From Harriotta raleighana (lineage: Eukaryota): DNA of 64,000 nucleotides. Where the stretch lies: contig JBNZDD010013712.1 in NCBI GenBank assembly GCA_050575255.1, positions 3,415,136-3,479,135 of the forward strand. Reading direction: 5' to 3'. Below are positions 1-14,027 of this stretch, in pieces. The position numbers and the translations under genes are program-made. Below the pieces are notes generated by a model that was not told the origin of the DNA, made no database searches, and saw only the letters and a program-made list of their open reading frames with translations. Within the stretch, counting starts at the first letter, position 1; each line of letters starts with the position of its first letter.

Positions 1-429
1 TGTTTTGCAATCTGCCATTCTCATGCTCCAAATGAGTAAGTGCTTCTTGGAATCACACCATTCCCATAAAGGTGTTTTACTGCATTGGCTTTTTAACAGG
101 ACCAAATTTGAGGCTTTCTAAATGATCAATGTTTTTTTTAAGCTGTTTAAAATGAAATATATTCTGAAATATATCCTTAATAAATAATACAGATTCAACT
201 CACTGGTCTCTCTCTTTGTGTCACAAGGAGTTGGTAAAGAGCAATAATACAATCCTGTACCATAATGAAAATCTCAATGTGGGTGTTTTGGACACCAGGT
301 CAGAAGTGGCAGGAGTTTAAAAGTGACCAAAGGCATGTTTATGAAGAGAGGTTAGATAGGTTTTGAAAGGGGCAACTTTAAAATCTATGACAAATTTATG
401 AACCATCCTGACTCTTTGAAAGCGCAATT

Positions 430-850
430 TCTTCAGTCCCATTTTCCTGCTCCCTACCCACCACACTCAAAGCAATTTACTCTCTTTAGATATCTATCTA
501 GTTCCCGTGTGTTATCTATATGGCAGGACATTCCATATTCCTAAAAACCTGGTGAGTAGCAAAAAAAGATAAATAAAATTCTCATCTTACCCTTTGCTGC
601 CTTTCTATCTTAAATGCCATTTAGTCACTGACTCAGTGACTCACCCCCTACAATAATTTCCTCTTATCTATTCCATCGAAAACCCTCATCATTTTAAAGA
701 TCCTGTCAAGCCTCCCTTCGGCCTTCTTTGTTCCATTGAAAATATGGCCAGTTCTTTTAGTCTTTACCTATAAGTCAAATTACTCCTCTCTGGTATCATT
801 CTCATAAATATCTCTCTCTGGCCTTGATGTCCATCCTAAAGTGGGGTCTC
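430..850 (-). mobile_element. Old CR1 LINE 3' fragment
   Basis: The reverse complement resembles 3247-3762 (e.g. ccctcatcattttaaagatc...ccttctttgttcc) but is highly diverged. Confidence 0.55.
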
Positions 851-949
851 ATGGCGAGCCAGTGGAGACAGGCACAATATGATCTAACGCAGCGTAATCC
901 AAGTGTTGGTTTGTGGGCCACATCTGGCCTGAGAGGAGGGGGGAGCGAA

Positions 950-1015
950 AGTATATGTATTTGTATATATATTCATATATAGACATATATATGTGTACAT
1001 ATGTGCATATATATT
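950..1015. repeat. Degenerate (TA/TG/CA)n low-complexity repeat
   Basis: gtatatgtatttgtatatatattcatatatagacatatatatgtgtacatatgtgcatatat. Confidence 0.75.
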
Positions 1016-1704
1016 CGCCCACAAATGTACAGTCGGTTTTTCCTGTTCTCCTTCCCCTATCCCGGCCCCTCCCCTTGCCATCTTTCCCCCCTTTCTCCCC
1101 TAACCCCACTTCCATGACTGTTTGTGGGACACCGCTGTGCGCAATCTGGCTGGCTCAATTCCGACATTTTCAAGCATGCTACCTTGGATCCAGTTCAGCT
1201 CTAAGGAGATCCTGCTTATGGGTGGGTGGGTGGTTGGAGGGAGGGAGGGAGTGAGTGAGTATAGAGAAAGGGTTCTCATTCTCCCAAAAACATCCAGGTT
1301 AGTCTGTCTTTTCAAGCCCATAATTTCTGCCTGAGCTTGATTCTTGTTGAACTCAGCAGTTATTCCCACAACCCAAAAATACTGTACCTCATGCTAAATC
1401 AGTCGTATAACAAGGGAAGCTTACAAAGATGGTGATTTTAAAAATGATTCTTAAAGTATAAACACTCCCACTTGCTGGTTAATCTTCATATTGCACTGTA
1501 CAACGTGTGGGTGTGTCAAAGCTATCAGGTGATAAAGACAGGGTTTAGAATAAATAAAATTGTGATAAATGTCAAGTAAATATTATTCCTAATATCTGTA
1601 TGTTGTTTATTCTTAACCTCGGGAATGTTACTGGAAGAATTAAGGGGAGATCAGAAGAAACTCTTAATTAAGAACACATCAGCCACAAATCCAAATGTTT
1701 ATTA

Positions 1705-2000
1705 GGAGTCCTGCAGCTCAGTGGTTAGAGCACTCGCCTTACAAACATGAGACCTGTGTTTCGAATACAGGCAGTTCAGGGCGAAACCTTGGGCAAGTTT
1801 CCTTACTCCACCCGCCTTATAAAAAACCCTGAAAAAAAAATTGGTCATTTCAATCCATGTGGGACACTGCTCTGCGCAATTGGCTGCCACGTTTCATCCA
1901 CAAATATACAGTCAATTCACTGTACAGTACATTCTGTGAAGTGTTGTGAGACGTCTAGAAGACGTGAAAAGCTCTACATCAAATGCAAGGATTATCATCA
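1705..2000 (+). mobile_element. tRNA-derived SINE with Deu-like core and L2-type tail, near full length
   Basis: Head GGAGTCCTG(C/T)AGCTCAGTGGTTAGAGC with A/B boxes, core GTGGGACACTGCTGTGCGCAATTGGCTGC, tail ATCAAATGCAAGGATTATTA. More than 20 full or partial copies occur in the window. Confidence 0.88.
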
Positions 2001-3246
2001 GAACATGAAATGGTTTGTCACAAGTAGCTCCTGAAGCTGAGACCCTAACAACAAAGAATAGGATAAATATTTGACGAAATATAGGAAGCAGGGAATTGTA
2101 ACAGGCAAATTGATGAGTATAACTGCAGTAGAGAGGCTATATGACCATTATATTTATGGTGAATTGAATGCCCTCCGGAGCTGTCATTTCTGATTCAATG
2201 AATGGCTGGGTGCAATGGCAGCTAGATGGCAGTGTAAGTTTGAAATTTATGTTGAATTCCAATGGAGAGAGAAATGAAAGAAAAGGATGTGAAAAAGAAA
2301 TGATTATGTTTTAAGAAGTATAAATGGAAATACAGTATATGTTAGAGTTGTGTACGTATAGAAAAATTACACAAACAATTATTTTCATGAAGTATATATC
2401 TTGATATTTTTGCAAGCCTTATATGGGTCATTCAAGTATTTGAATATTCCTTAAAAACAAATAATAATGAATTGGTCACTATAATCCGTAATTCTTTGTG
2501 GGACGTTGCTGTGCACCATTGGCTGCTGCATTTCTCCCACAAAATATACAGTCAGTTCATTTTATGGTATATTCTATGAAGCGCTTTGAGATGCCGAGAA
2601 GATGTGAAAAGCTCTATATCAAATGCAAGGATTATTATTAATTTTTTTTCATTTATCACCAGCTTTAGACTTGGGGAAGATGTGCCTGGACAGGAACTAA
2701 TGCAGTGAGGACACTTTTAATAAGTCAATTTAAAGATTTATCAGTGAACAATTGCCAACAGAAAGCAAGAGGGTAAATAGCAAAACAGAGAATGAAATGC
2801 GAGAATCACTCCACACCCACCTCCCTCCCTCATATGAGCATTTGCCCAGGCTAGTCCTGAAATACTGAAATGCCTGGTGAATCAGACTAATGCTTTAGTT
2901 TCAGAATGTCTGAGGGGAAATCAGGCACATCCTTGAACCTGGCTAATGATAATATGGGAGACGAGAAAGATATTTATTTGCACTGAGAGATTTTAATTTG
3001 GAGAAACTATTTCTGAAAGATTTAACTGTACAGAAGTGCTTCAGATTGTGAACTAAAGTACCTTTAATCACATGTAAAAATTCATGTTTTCATTGGATTA
3101 CCCAAAGAAATATAGCTGAGATTGCATCAACATTCCTTGGTAAGTGCCTGCCTAGGGAGTGGCAGGGAGAGATATTGGAGTGGCTGTATGCCACTGGTAT
3201 TAGTCTTGTACCAACATGTCATTTCCACAGGATGGGTGGGTTGGTT

Positions 3247-3762
3247 AGTTTTGGTCTCCTTCAGTTTTGGTCTCCTTATTTAAAAAAGGACATACTTGCC
3301 TTAGAGGGGGTGCAGCGTAGATTCACTAGGTTAGTTCCTGGGATGAAGGGACTGACTTATGAGGATAGGTTGAATAAACTAGGGCTGTATTTTCTAGAGT
3401 ACAAAAGAATTAGGGGGGATCTTATTGAAACATATAAGATTCTTAAAGGGCTGGATAAAGTAGACATTGAGGGACTGTTTTCCCTGGTAGGAGAATCTAT
3501 AACCAGAGGTCACAGTCTTAAAATTAAGGGTCAGTCTTTTAGAACAGAGTTGAGGAAACATTTCTTCACTCAGAGGGTAATGAATTTGTGGAATGTGGCT
3601 AAAATTGAGAGATTTTTTATAAAAATAGAGGGATTAGAGGATATGGGGATAGGACAGGTAATTAAAGTTAGGTCAGAATATCAGCCATGATCTTATTGAA
3701 TGGTGGGGCAGGCTCAAAGGGCTGAATGGCCTATTCCTGCTCCTAATTCTTATGTTATTATA
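3247..3762 (+). mobile_element. CR1-clade LINE 3' end, 5'-truncated
   Basis: QFWSPYLKKDILALEGVQRRFTRLVPGM...RGDLIETYKIL...TRGHSLK...FFTQRV is the CR1 ORF2 C-terminus. The 3' tail reads GGGCTGAATGGCCTATTCCTGCTCCT. Confidence 0.92.
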
Positions 3763-3763
3763 G

Positions 3764-4478
3764 TCAGTATTTTGGACCCGAGCTGGGGTCAGAATTAGGA
3801 AGGGAGGGGAAGGCATATGACCATTGGCATGGTTCAAGAGGAGGGTCTTGAGGCAGGACTTGAAGGAGGCTAGAGAGAGGGCATGGCGGAGGGATTGTGG
3901 GATGAAATTCCAAAGGATTATTGAGACTACCACAGAGGGTTGAAATTCCCTGCTTGCCAGCCTCCCCAACTCCTCCCTCCATAGACTGCACAGCATCTGG
4001 AAATCTGCAGTCCATGTCCTCTCCGCAACCTTGTCCCACCATCCTCGATGGATTCCATTCCATCATATAGAGAATACAGTTCAAGATCATGGTCTTTACC
4101 TTCAAAGCCCTCCATGGCCTTGTCCACCCTGATACTGTGACCTCCTTATCCTCTACCAACCTGCCTTCTCCCTCCGCTCAGCTGTCTCCAGGCTGCTTTA
4201 CGACCTCTATCTCACCTAATCCACCATCTGTCACTGTGCCCCCACGCTCTGGAGCTCCATCCCGCAATCCCTCCGCCTCCCCCTTTCCCTTGCATCCTTC
4301 AAGACTCAATCTCAAGACCCTCCTCTTCAACTACTCCTTTGGTCACCCTTCTTTCCCTACTCCCCTCACCCTCTCCAATCTCGACCACAAGCTTGTGTCC
4401 GAAACACTGATTGTCCAGCGCCTTGGAACGTCCTCCCAACATGAAAAGCACTACACAAATGTAAATGTATTGTTGTTC
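3764..4478. mobile_element. Two adjacent L2 3' fragments (- at about 3764-3920, + at about 3950-4478)
   Basis: Contains FKIMVFTFKALHGL and CTCAAGACCCTCCTCTT, with tail CAGCGCCTTGG...GAAAAGCACTACACAAATGTAAATGTATTGTTG. Confidence 0.8.
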
Positions 4479-5249
4479 CTCTCCGCATACCGCAAGTAAA
4501 GTGGATTTGAACTCCTGGATGTATGAACTTGGACTCCATCCAGATAACAGCAACTGTTGCCCCAAGCCTCAGAGTGTTTGCATAAGATATCTGGCAGACA
4601 TCAGGCACAACATAAATACAATTTTTAAAAATTACTACAACATAAACACTGAAGGAAAGCTGAAGGGTTGAGAATTAATCTGTGACATAAATGTCAGTTC
4701 CCTCACTGGATACCTGTCTAGATTGCCAGCAATGGCACACAAATGAGGAGAGTTTTCAAATCCATTGAAATTAATTAAGCAGTGTTTAATTCTACTGTGA
4801 AACACAGGTGCTTAAAGTGAACATGTTAATGTTCTGTTCTTTGGTCTGTCACTTCGCAGCACTTCCGCTGTTATTTATAAGTAGCAGCTTGCGTGTGGTA
4901 CACAAAGTATTTCAATACAAAGTATAATGGTATTTCTTTTATTCATCTGAACTTGAGAAGTACAACAACAATCTTCACATTTTCATGTTGGGAGAATATC
5001 TCAAAATGCTGCACAAAGATTGGGATAGCAAGGGTGAAGGAGAGAAGAGGTTGGGTGTGGAAGGTAACAAGGAACACGAAATATGTGTTTAGGTTTTGAA
5101 AGCAGGGAGGGGTGTGGTGGAGGAGAGATTTGGCAAGAGAGTTTCAGACCGCAGTAGCAATGCTATAGAAACGCCATCAGAGACTAGCAGTATAGTAGCC
5201 CCCAGGAGAACACAGAGATAAGGTGGGACAAGACTGTAGAATAGCAGTA

Positions 5250-5494
5250 AGGTCAGCCTGGCTCAGTTGGTAACACCCTCACACCCGAAGATTGTGAGTT
5301 ACACATCAGGACCTCAAACTCACAATCTATGCTGACACCCCAATGCAGCGCTGGGTGTGTGTTCTATTGTCAGAGGTGGCATCCTTTAGATGAGACATGG
5401 AACCAAGGTCCTGTCTGCCTGTTCAGATGGATGTGAAGGAACTAATGACACTGTCTGAAAAGAAAACTAAGCTTCTCCAGGTGTCCCGGCTAAC
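5250..5494 (+). mobile_element. Older DeuSINE (SacSINE1/AmnSINE1-like) 5' part; relatives at about 10520-10790, 15409-15500, 31825-32030 and 56090-56260 (-)
   Basis: GGCTCAGTTGGTA head, then GCTGACAC(C/T)CCAATGC...GGAGGTG..CCTTT.GATGAGAC..AACCAAGG..C and GTGTCC.GGC.AAC, recalled from the DeuSINE consensus. Confidence 0.65.
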
Positions 5495-5700
5495 AATAAT
5501 AATATTAATCCTTGCATTTGATATAGAGCTTTCCACGTCTTCTAGACGTCTCAAAGCACTTCACAGAATATATGGTAAAGTGAGTTGACTGTATATTTGT
5601 GGGCGAAACGCAGCAAGCCAATGGCGCACAGCAGCGTCCCACAAACAATCTTGGATTGAAATGAGCAATTTATTATAGTGTTTTTTTTGACAGATTTTTT
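5495..5700 (-). mobile_element. Same SINE family, 3' half, nested in an older SINE
   Basis: Tail and core on the - strand. Confidence 0.8.
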
Positions 5701-8119
5701 TGACAATCCTTCACTTTATAATAATAATCCCATTTATCCTGGTTTATATACCTCTCCTCATCCAAATTTACTAACAAATTCTAATTAATTGGCTGCTCAT
5801 CTAATTGTGGGACATTTCTGGCAAAGATTTGTCCAAAATGACAATATTCACATCATCTTTAATCAAATGTGTTTTGTAAAGTACTTTGAGAATTTTTCCT
5901 GATTGTGCAGGCCAACAATACCTGAACTAAAATTGAGAATTCATCTCCTGGCTGTTTGTAGGACGTTGCAGATTTCCATCTGGTGGAACCAAGCCCTAAA
6001 ATCTGAGAAGATGCCACATATGTGCTTTGATCTCAGCAGAGTAAAATGATCTCTGCTGCATGTAACCAATATGTGTCGCATTATCCTTTGATTAGAAGTT
6101 AGAAATAACACTTCCCCCGTTCTCGAAACTCCCTCTCTCTTTTTGTGTTTAAACCTTACCTGAAAAGTAACCTGTTTGGCCGTGTGCCTATGGACACACC
6201 ACACCTGTCCCTTCTCCCATGCTCGGCATCTAACATTGTCTCAGAGTATCGCTCTGACATATTATTCAACAACAAGAATTTGCATCACCCTTGATGTAGA
6301 TGGGATCTCACAATGCTCATTCTCCATGAAGGGCATTGCATATGCAGAAAGGGGAAAATCAGTCAATATGAATATGTCCATATGTGCATATGGGCATTGG
6401 CTTGGGACAGAATCACTCAGCTAAGATTTCATTTCTCTCCTCCCCTCTCTACCACTTCTCTTTGTTGTAGATTTGCAACACTCTATGGGGTGAGGCCCTG
6501 GTAACGTTCTTTGGGAGATGGGGGGAGAAAGTTGAGAAAAAATATTTACATTTAATATCCCCTACAGTTCAAAACTGACTCATTGCTCCTTAAAATGAAA
6601 TCCCATTTGAACGAATAAATGCTACCTTGACAAACTCCCTCCCTGAACTTCCCTGGTAATGTCCCTTGTGTATCTCCTGTTAATTCACTTGTGTGCTGGT
6701 AGGACCCATATTTACATTTAACATATTACTGTACTTAGTAACTTAATCTGTCGGGGAACTGGTGGATATTTCCAAGTTGTGGTTAGTTTGGATGAGTTTT
6801 CATGTTAGAAGTTGAACAAAACCTCACTTATAGAAACCTTTGAGTAAAATGAAGCACATAAAACTTTTGGCTTCAATATTTCTTATTGCCACTGTTTTAG
6901 CATAGCCCTAGCTGCTCATTCACCAAAATACTAACCATCGATTAACTAATATTTAATAGAGGTTTGTTTGTGCTCTGGGTCTATCTTTTATCTCCGAAGT
7001 ATGATTGCAGAGGCTAAACAATTCTGCTCCCCTTGGATGAAAGTTTGGAGTATGTTCTAGTAACTGCTGGGTGTCAGTTGATTTTGCTGAGAGGTGGGGC
7101 TGTTTATCCCATCCAATAGATCATTTTAAGAATAAAAAAAAGTTGCTGAAAATGTTTTCAAAGAAGTTTGTCAGAATATGGAACTGTGTTACTGCAAATG
7201 TCTTTTGAGGATGAATCTGTGACGTATTGTAATTGGAAAAGAGGGAACGAATTGGTTAAACACCCAAGGAAAAATATTACTGATGGATTTGGAAAAAAGA
7301 GCAAAGGAATGGAATTAAAGCAGATAATTTCCAGTGGGAGAGCTAGCAACCAGCACAATAAAACAGGCTGTGTGGCCTTGTCTATGCTGTAAATGTTGTA
7401 CGATTCTTTGAAGTATTATGAGCATGGTATGAACATCATTCGTTTGTTCAGCGCCTTGGGACGTCCTCCTGACGTGAAACGCGCTCTATAAATGTAATTT
7501 TGTTGTTGTTGTTGTTTGTTTGTTCACCCACCATGTTGGTAAGCAAAACGGTAAATATTTTTCCAATAACGTGATATCAGTTACATTTTAAGGATACCTC
7601 AGCCTTAATTAAACAAAGCAAGACAGTTTAACAACAAGCAAGATCTCCCACCTGATGTTTATCTGTATTTATAAGTCTGCATGCTTTTCTTTGCCTTGCT
7701 TTGGATTCAGACTGAATGCCTTTCAATTAAACCAGTGGCAGCAATAAAATGATTGCAACAGTATTTTGTAACCCAGTAGTTTGAGTAATCTGCTGAATTC
7801 CTTACTGCAATTAAGTCAAACAGCAGATAGAAAGAAAGCACCAATAAGGATTTAAAATATGCATGTCTTGCTGACCAGCAGATTCCATTCATGAGTAAAT
7901 ATCTACTGAACTAGTGTTAGGTGGAGTATTAAGAGTTTTTGTAGGAAAAATCTCGGCCAGCATAGCAGGGAGAGGGAAAGAATGAGGAGAGTATTTGTGG
8001 CAGTTGGATATCAGAGAGCATTATTAGCAGCCAGAAAATAGTAATTGATCTCAATATATTTTCCTTACAAGTCAAGATATTGCTGGTTATGTGATTATTG
8101 AGCTTGTGTCCTCTCCCAT

Positions 8120-8610
8120 ACCAGACTCGATAACCCCATCACACCCACTCACGCCCGGCTCCAACTGGCTCCCCATTCCTCAGAAGATCGAGTTCAAAGT
8201 CTTCGTACTCACCTTCAAGGCCCTCCACAACCTGTCCTCTTCCTACTTCTGTGACCTGCTAACACCTTATCAACTGGTCCATTCCCTCCGTTCAGCAGGC
8301 TCCAGCCTGCTCCATGTCCCCGCTCGGCCCAACCCTCCTTCAGCCTCTCTGTCCCCACCCTCTGGAACTCTGTTCCACATTCCTTTTGCCTCGATCCTTC
8401 CCTTACCTCCTCAAGTATGTCTCAAGTATGTCTCAAGACCCTCCTCTTTGAAAATGCCTTTGGTCACCCTCCTACCCTCTGCTATGTACCTCTCCAGTTC
8501 TCAATCCCCCATCGCACATTATGGTTTACACTCCATGCCTGTGCAGCGCCTCTGGATGTTCTCCCAATGTGAAAGGCATGTTACAAATGTAATTTTGCAT
8601 CATATGTTGC
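8120..8610 (+). mobile_element. L2 LINE 3' end
   Basis: WLPIPQKIEFKVFVLTFKALHNLSSSY...LRSAG is the L2 ORF2 C-terminus, followed by the L2 tail. Confidence 0.85.
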
Positions 8611-11600
8611 TTGCAGGATGAATGTTTCAGAGCACTTTACGCAGGAAACAGAAGGCACTGATCAGGGGGGAGGAAGGAGAATTTAAAGGTATTGACCAAA
8701 ATAATTGTGAGACAGATGGCTGAAAGGAAGGAAAGTTAGAGAAAAGTGAATGTATTTTGGGAGATAGTGGGCTTATAAATGGCTTAAAGGTTAAACCATA
8801 ATCCACCTAACAGAGGCAATGAGGCCTAAACAGAAGCTCAGAGTTAGAAGAGCAGAGGTATGGACATGAGAATAGGGCTGGAGGAGTTGGCATAGATTCT
8901 TTGTCTGCCGTTTTTGCTCCATTTTGCTCTCTTTGGGTCTCGCACTCTTCCTCCATCTCTGAGTCTTTGTCTTTGAGTCTCTTCCCCTTTTGAATCATTC
9001 TCTTTTCCTCTCTCTGCCCGTGTCTCTAACTTTCTCCTTTTTATCTCTTTACCTCTACAGATTTTGTATGTGACCTCAATTGATATCAACATCCATCAAG
9101 CTCAAGCTCCCTGCTATAAAGTTGTTCTCCTTTTGGATCAAATGTGTTATACTGTAAAATGTGTTATAAAATATGTTTTAAAATGTTTAATGAAAGGGTT
9201 GAAAGAAATTTCCATTGAAAGTAAAGAGTGGCAGCAATCTCTGATGTGACACAATTGATCTTTCAGCAATTATAACCTCAGCCATGTTGGTAAATGAAGA
9301 CACTGGAGAAAGAGATGATGAGGTGATGGTATATCATTATCAGACAGTCCACAGTAGACAGAGAAATATCCAGTGACTTAAATTGCTTGGAAATCCCATG
9401 TATACTAACTATGAAGCGGCTGTCACATAAACAGCATAGAATAGAGAAAAAAAAACTATCACCGATGATCAGAAAGGGGATCAGAGTGAGGTCAAAAAAT
9501 CACAAAGCGAGGTTCTCTTGAAGAATGCTCTAGACAACCCCCCTTATATTGTATAACCAGAACTGCATACAGGATTCTAGAGCCTGGGAACGACGTCTGG
9601 GTATTGAAGCTCAACTGATGTGGCAATCCAGCCCAACATCCTGTTTGCCTTATTGAATCCAGCCTCGTGGTGTTTTGTCAAAGTGAATAATGAGTCAACT
9701 ACCTAGATCACTTTCTGCTTTCCTCTCAGCAAGGACTCTGCCATTTTTGCAGTCCATGTGCCTCCCATTCTTACTTTTTACCTTGTGTTTTCCACGATTC
9801 TGGAACATAACCCTCAAAACAACATAACCCTCAAAACAATCGGAAGCAACATTTAGTTATTTGCAGCTTTCAACACTCTGTATCCGTAGCCAGTTTGAGA
9901 GTCAGAGAATAGACTTTGATAACATTGTATGAACATTTCTGCTAACCTGTGTTGGGCTTTCAGTTTGACATGAGCTATGTATAGTTCTGCTTGGTAAGAC
10001 TCCAAGGCAGACTTCATTCAGCAGTGTTTTGTGCAGGGTGTTGGTTCGGTGATAAACAGTATGAAAGGCGCTATTGTGTCCTTAGCGGTCATTGTGTGCC
10101 TCAAAAATAAGTGCTGCATGCCTGGGATTCATGTTATTCATGGGCCTCTGCCAAGACATTCATTGTAGAAAAAGAGTCGGAGTCGCATAATAAAGGCGGA
10201 ACAATTAAACAATGTGGAAGCCGTGCAATTAGTTGAGATATTTGCAACACTTATTTGGGTGAAAATATAAATAAATGAACTTGTAGTCAGGGCTTTAGGT
10301 GCCCAGGCTTTGTCATGGTGCAGGCCATATTCCAAATTTGGTTTAGCAAAGGGGGTTGCAATGCAATGTTGGTCACACAGTAGTACAATACATACCAACA
10401 TGTAAACCACCAGCATGTCTGCATCAAGGGCCAATTAAATTAATTGCATACACGATTTCCAGAACTACAATTTTACCTGTGAGCACAACTGTGTCTGGCG
10501 ATATAAGGTAAATGTGTTGGCTCACCCACCTTTGGATCAGAAGGTTATGGGATTCAGTCCCACATCTGGACTTGGAATGTAGACCTTCCAATATAGGATT
10601 AGATTTGCCATCCTTCAAGTGAGATGTTAATTTGCCTTTTCAGGTGGATATTAAAGATCCCATGGCATTATTCAAAAAGAGAAGGAAGTTTCTTTGTGTC
10701 CAGGCCAACAATCGTGTCATAAAACCCGACTGTTTATGTGGCACATTGCTGTGAGCAAATTATCTGCCACGTTTACCCACTGCAGTTTCCAGTATAAAAG
10801 CTGTATTGCCAGTTCCCAGATTGGTTATCTATCATGGCATGCTGCCCTATGTGTTGGGAGCTATTAGTTCAAAACAAATGGCTGTTCAAATTGAGCAGAA
10901 TGTGAATCTGAAACACAAAAGCCCCACATTGGAATATACTGCAAGAATATATTGACTCTGACCAGAACATCCTCAGCTGTGATCTGTAGTCCCATTGGAC
11001 ATGGGCGAACATGAGAAACATTTAATCAACCAGCTAGGGAAAATTAATTTACTGCTATACTTGCTATAATTAATGCTATACTTGTCTACAAAATACAGTC
11101 ACCAACTTTCCAATATTTTCTGTGAGGCATTTTGAGACATCTCAATAAGGTGATAAAACACTATATCACACAAATTGTTCTTTCTTCTTATGCTGTGAAT
11201 GTTTTTGTGTACAAATTGACTGCTACATTTTTCATGTTCCATCTCAATGCTTCCAAGCACATTTATGCTCCATTGATACTGTCTATGTGTACTATCAAGT
11301 TCCAATTTGGATTTGTGTTTCATAATAAAAATAATAATCCTTGCATTTGATATAGCACTTTTCATGTCTTCTAGACATCTCAAAGCACGTCACAGAATAT
11401 ACTGTAAAGTGAATCAACACACATAGTATGTAATAACACATCTGTGACAGAGAATTTCCTGGGTACTATCCCATAAAAGATGGGTCAATGTCTCCAAATG
11501 CTTATTGGTTTATGGCAATTACATTTTATATGGTGGCCATATAAAATAGCTCAACTACCACAGTCTCAATGTTTCTAGACCTCCTCCCAATTTCAGTCTT

Positions 11601-12399
11601 AATCGTATCATGTTTTTAATGAGGTTAATAATGTTGGTTCTGGAGCCAAAGTATGAGTCACTCAAAAGTTCAAGATACCACATGCCCTTCTGAGCCACGG
11701 GAATTTAAGGACTTTGTACCCTGGTATTCATTGTGCATTGACTATCTCTATGATTAAAAATCAGACACAGGATAAAGAAGACCATTCAGTCATTCACAGT
11801 ATGAAGGAAAGTATTCAGGACAGATGGGGAGCCAGAAACAGTTGTGTTTTGTTCGGCAACTTGTGCTTTGTTATGAATGAATCTGTTACAGGAGAAAGAA
11901 TGAGCAGTCAAATCAAGTTGGCAAAAGAGGGTTTAGCTCATCTTGAAATGGCTGTTTTCCATCAAAAAATCTGAAATACGTCACCTGGGCGGATTGTAGG
12001 TCATTAAATCCAAGTCAAACTTCAAAGGTCTACCCAAAATACTTGGGCTGTGGTTGTGAAGGTGGAAGTTAAGTGTTGTTGAGCATCACATAGGATTGTT
12101 AGAAAGGAATGAGTAGACAATGACTGTTAAAATCGCTAATTTAACCCACTAATTTGAATCCATTCAAAATATAGGAAGAATAGGTCCTGGAGTTAACTTT
12201 TCTCTGGTTCTGTCCTGGTCTGGTGACGGATCTAATTCTGCACCCATCTAGAACATGGATGTGTTTCTTTCTTGTCTTTACAACAACAAGTTGCACTTAT
12301 GTAGTGCCTTCCACACAAAGTAGCACCTCAGAACACTACACTATGCTTTTCCAGTCAGGATCTGAATTGACTTCAAGATCTCCACGCTTGAGTTTAAAT

Positions 12400-12760
12400 C
12401 TATTCGCTCCCTGACACCCCCCTACCTCTCCGACCTCCTTATGCTCTAATCCACCACTCAGCGCCTCCTCTAGACAGGCACCGGCCTCCTGCTCGAACCC
12501 TCACACCTTCCGCCCCACCATTGGAGGTTGCGTATTCAGCCACTATGCCCCAAACTCTGAATCACTCTCCTTCAATTCCTCTGCCTTTCCCCTCTCCCTC
12601 CCCCTTTTCAAGTCCAACTTGGATACCTTCTTCTTCGATCGTGCACCCTCCCCCACCCCTCTTGGCCCCCCAGCTCGGAGTCAAGCTCTGCCACTTTTAA
12701 GTGCTCTGAGACGTTACCCTACGTGGGAGGTGCGATATTAATGTAAATTTTGTTGTTGAA
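12400..12760 (+). mobile_element. L2 LINE 3' end
   Basis: Closely similar to 25630-26090; ends GCTCTGAGACG...ATGTAAATTTTGTTGTTG. Confidence 0.75.
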
Positions 12761-14027
12761 TCAGATTGTTACATAATCTAATTATTATACAATTGCAAAA
12801 TCTAATGAGGTGTAGGTTTGATGCAGTATTGCAATGATGGGAGAGGCTACGTGAGGTATAAGCACTGAAACTTTATCTTCACGGCCTCCTCATCGGTGGT
12901 CTCTTTAAGCCGTAACACAATATAATATCTGAATTAATTAGTATTAACTGACCTAATAACTGAATATTGAATATTGACATATTCAATGTCTACAATTGCA
13001 GACATTGTATCCAAAGTCCTTTTATTTACTGTTTTTTATGCAGGATTTTTAACTTCCAGAGGAAATGGTCTTATTTTTACTACAAGGGGCCACTTCCTCA
13101 CCACACAATATGACTGGTGCAGCTTCCATCTCCCTCTGGTAATATAGCGCAATCATGAGCACATCACCTCAATGACACTCAGCCTCTCCCTCAGTTCTAT
13201 CTCTACACTGACCCTCTCACTCTGTGACACTCAGTCTCTACCCTGAACTCTGCTCAGCGGAGGGCAAAGGTCGAGTGTCACATTGTTTTGAACGATTTTG
13301 CTGTCCAGTTTCTGGTGAAACCTAAAATGGCTCATGTGGCACATTCTCTAGTAGCAGAGTAAGAACACATCAGTAAGTGCTGTAAGAATCCAATTTGCTG
13401 ATGGAGCACAATTTCCTGTGACAAGTTTTAATGAAAGCTTTGAGAATGGTCATCTCCAGACAGAGCACAGCGAAGCTTTGTTACAACTGCAGTAAACTTC
13501 CTGTGTGTTACAAGCTGAGCAATAGACATGAAAGAGCTTTGCAAATTAAAGATTGAAGGCATGATCCAATGCAGGTGATACTGCAGTTTGTCTCTAAAGT
13601 TAGAGGCTAATGGTAATGAGCAAGGGAAAATTCGCCCAAATTATCTGAATCTTGATAGCCCCAACCCAGAGTGGGATCAGTTATTCCCTTGGGAGTGAGC
13701 GTATCAACAAAAGGCACAGCTCTGGAGGAGTGTGATGTGGAATATGTATCACAATTCAGTATCAAAGATAGATACGGTACTCCTTTGTTATACATACATG
13801 TGTTCAACCAAGTCTTCACTATTTGTATTATGAGATTTTGTATCTGATCTAGGCCTCTAACCCTCTCCATGTGCATGTATTGGCTTCTGTCCCCGATGTG
13901 AGCTCATCACTTTGCTATCTTCCAGTTTACTTAATTTTTTCTCTTTTCTTACTTTTGTTTTCTTCTGCCTTAATGTTAATTCCACTCCTTGTTTGTGCGA
14001 TGTTATCAGCACAGAATAATTGCTGTA

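Noticed and set aside
1705-1780. tRNA-like sequences at SINE heads (several with a TGC, Ala-like anticodon loop)
   Set aside because: Each is degenerate and continues into a SINE body and tail, so they are not tRNA genes.
3175-3690. 171-aa ORF as a host gene
   Set aside because: It is the C-terminus of a truncated CR1 ORF2.
8900-9250. Long polypyrimidine tract ending in ctacag (possible acceptor at 9060), with a similar site near 13043
   Set aside because: No recognisable protein follows and no partner exons can be supported without transcript data.
9804-9837. 17-bp tandem duplication (also an 18-bp one at 40842-40877)
   Set aside because: Ordinary slippage micro-duplications in non-coding DNA.
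11523-11547. Small perfect hairpin ATTTTATATGG-TGG-CCATATAAAAT
   Set aside because: An 11-bp AT-rich stem can arise by chance in 64 kb, and there is no supporting context.
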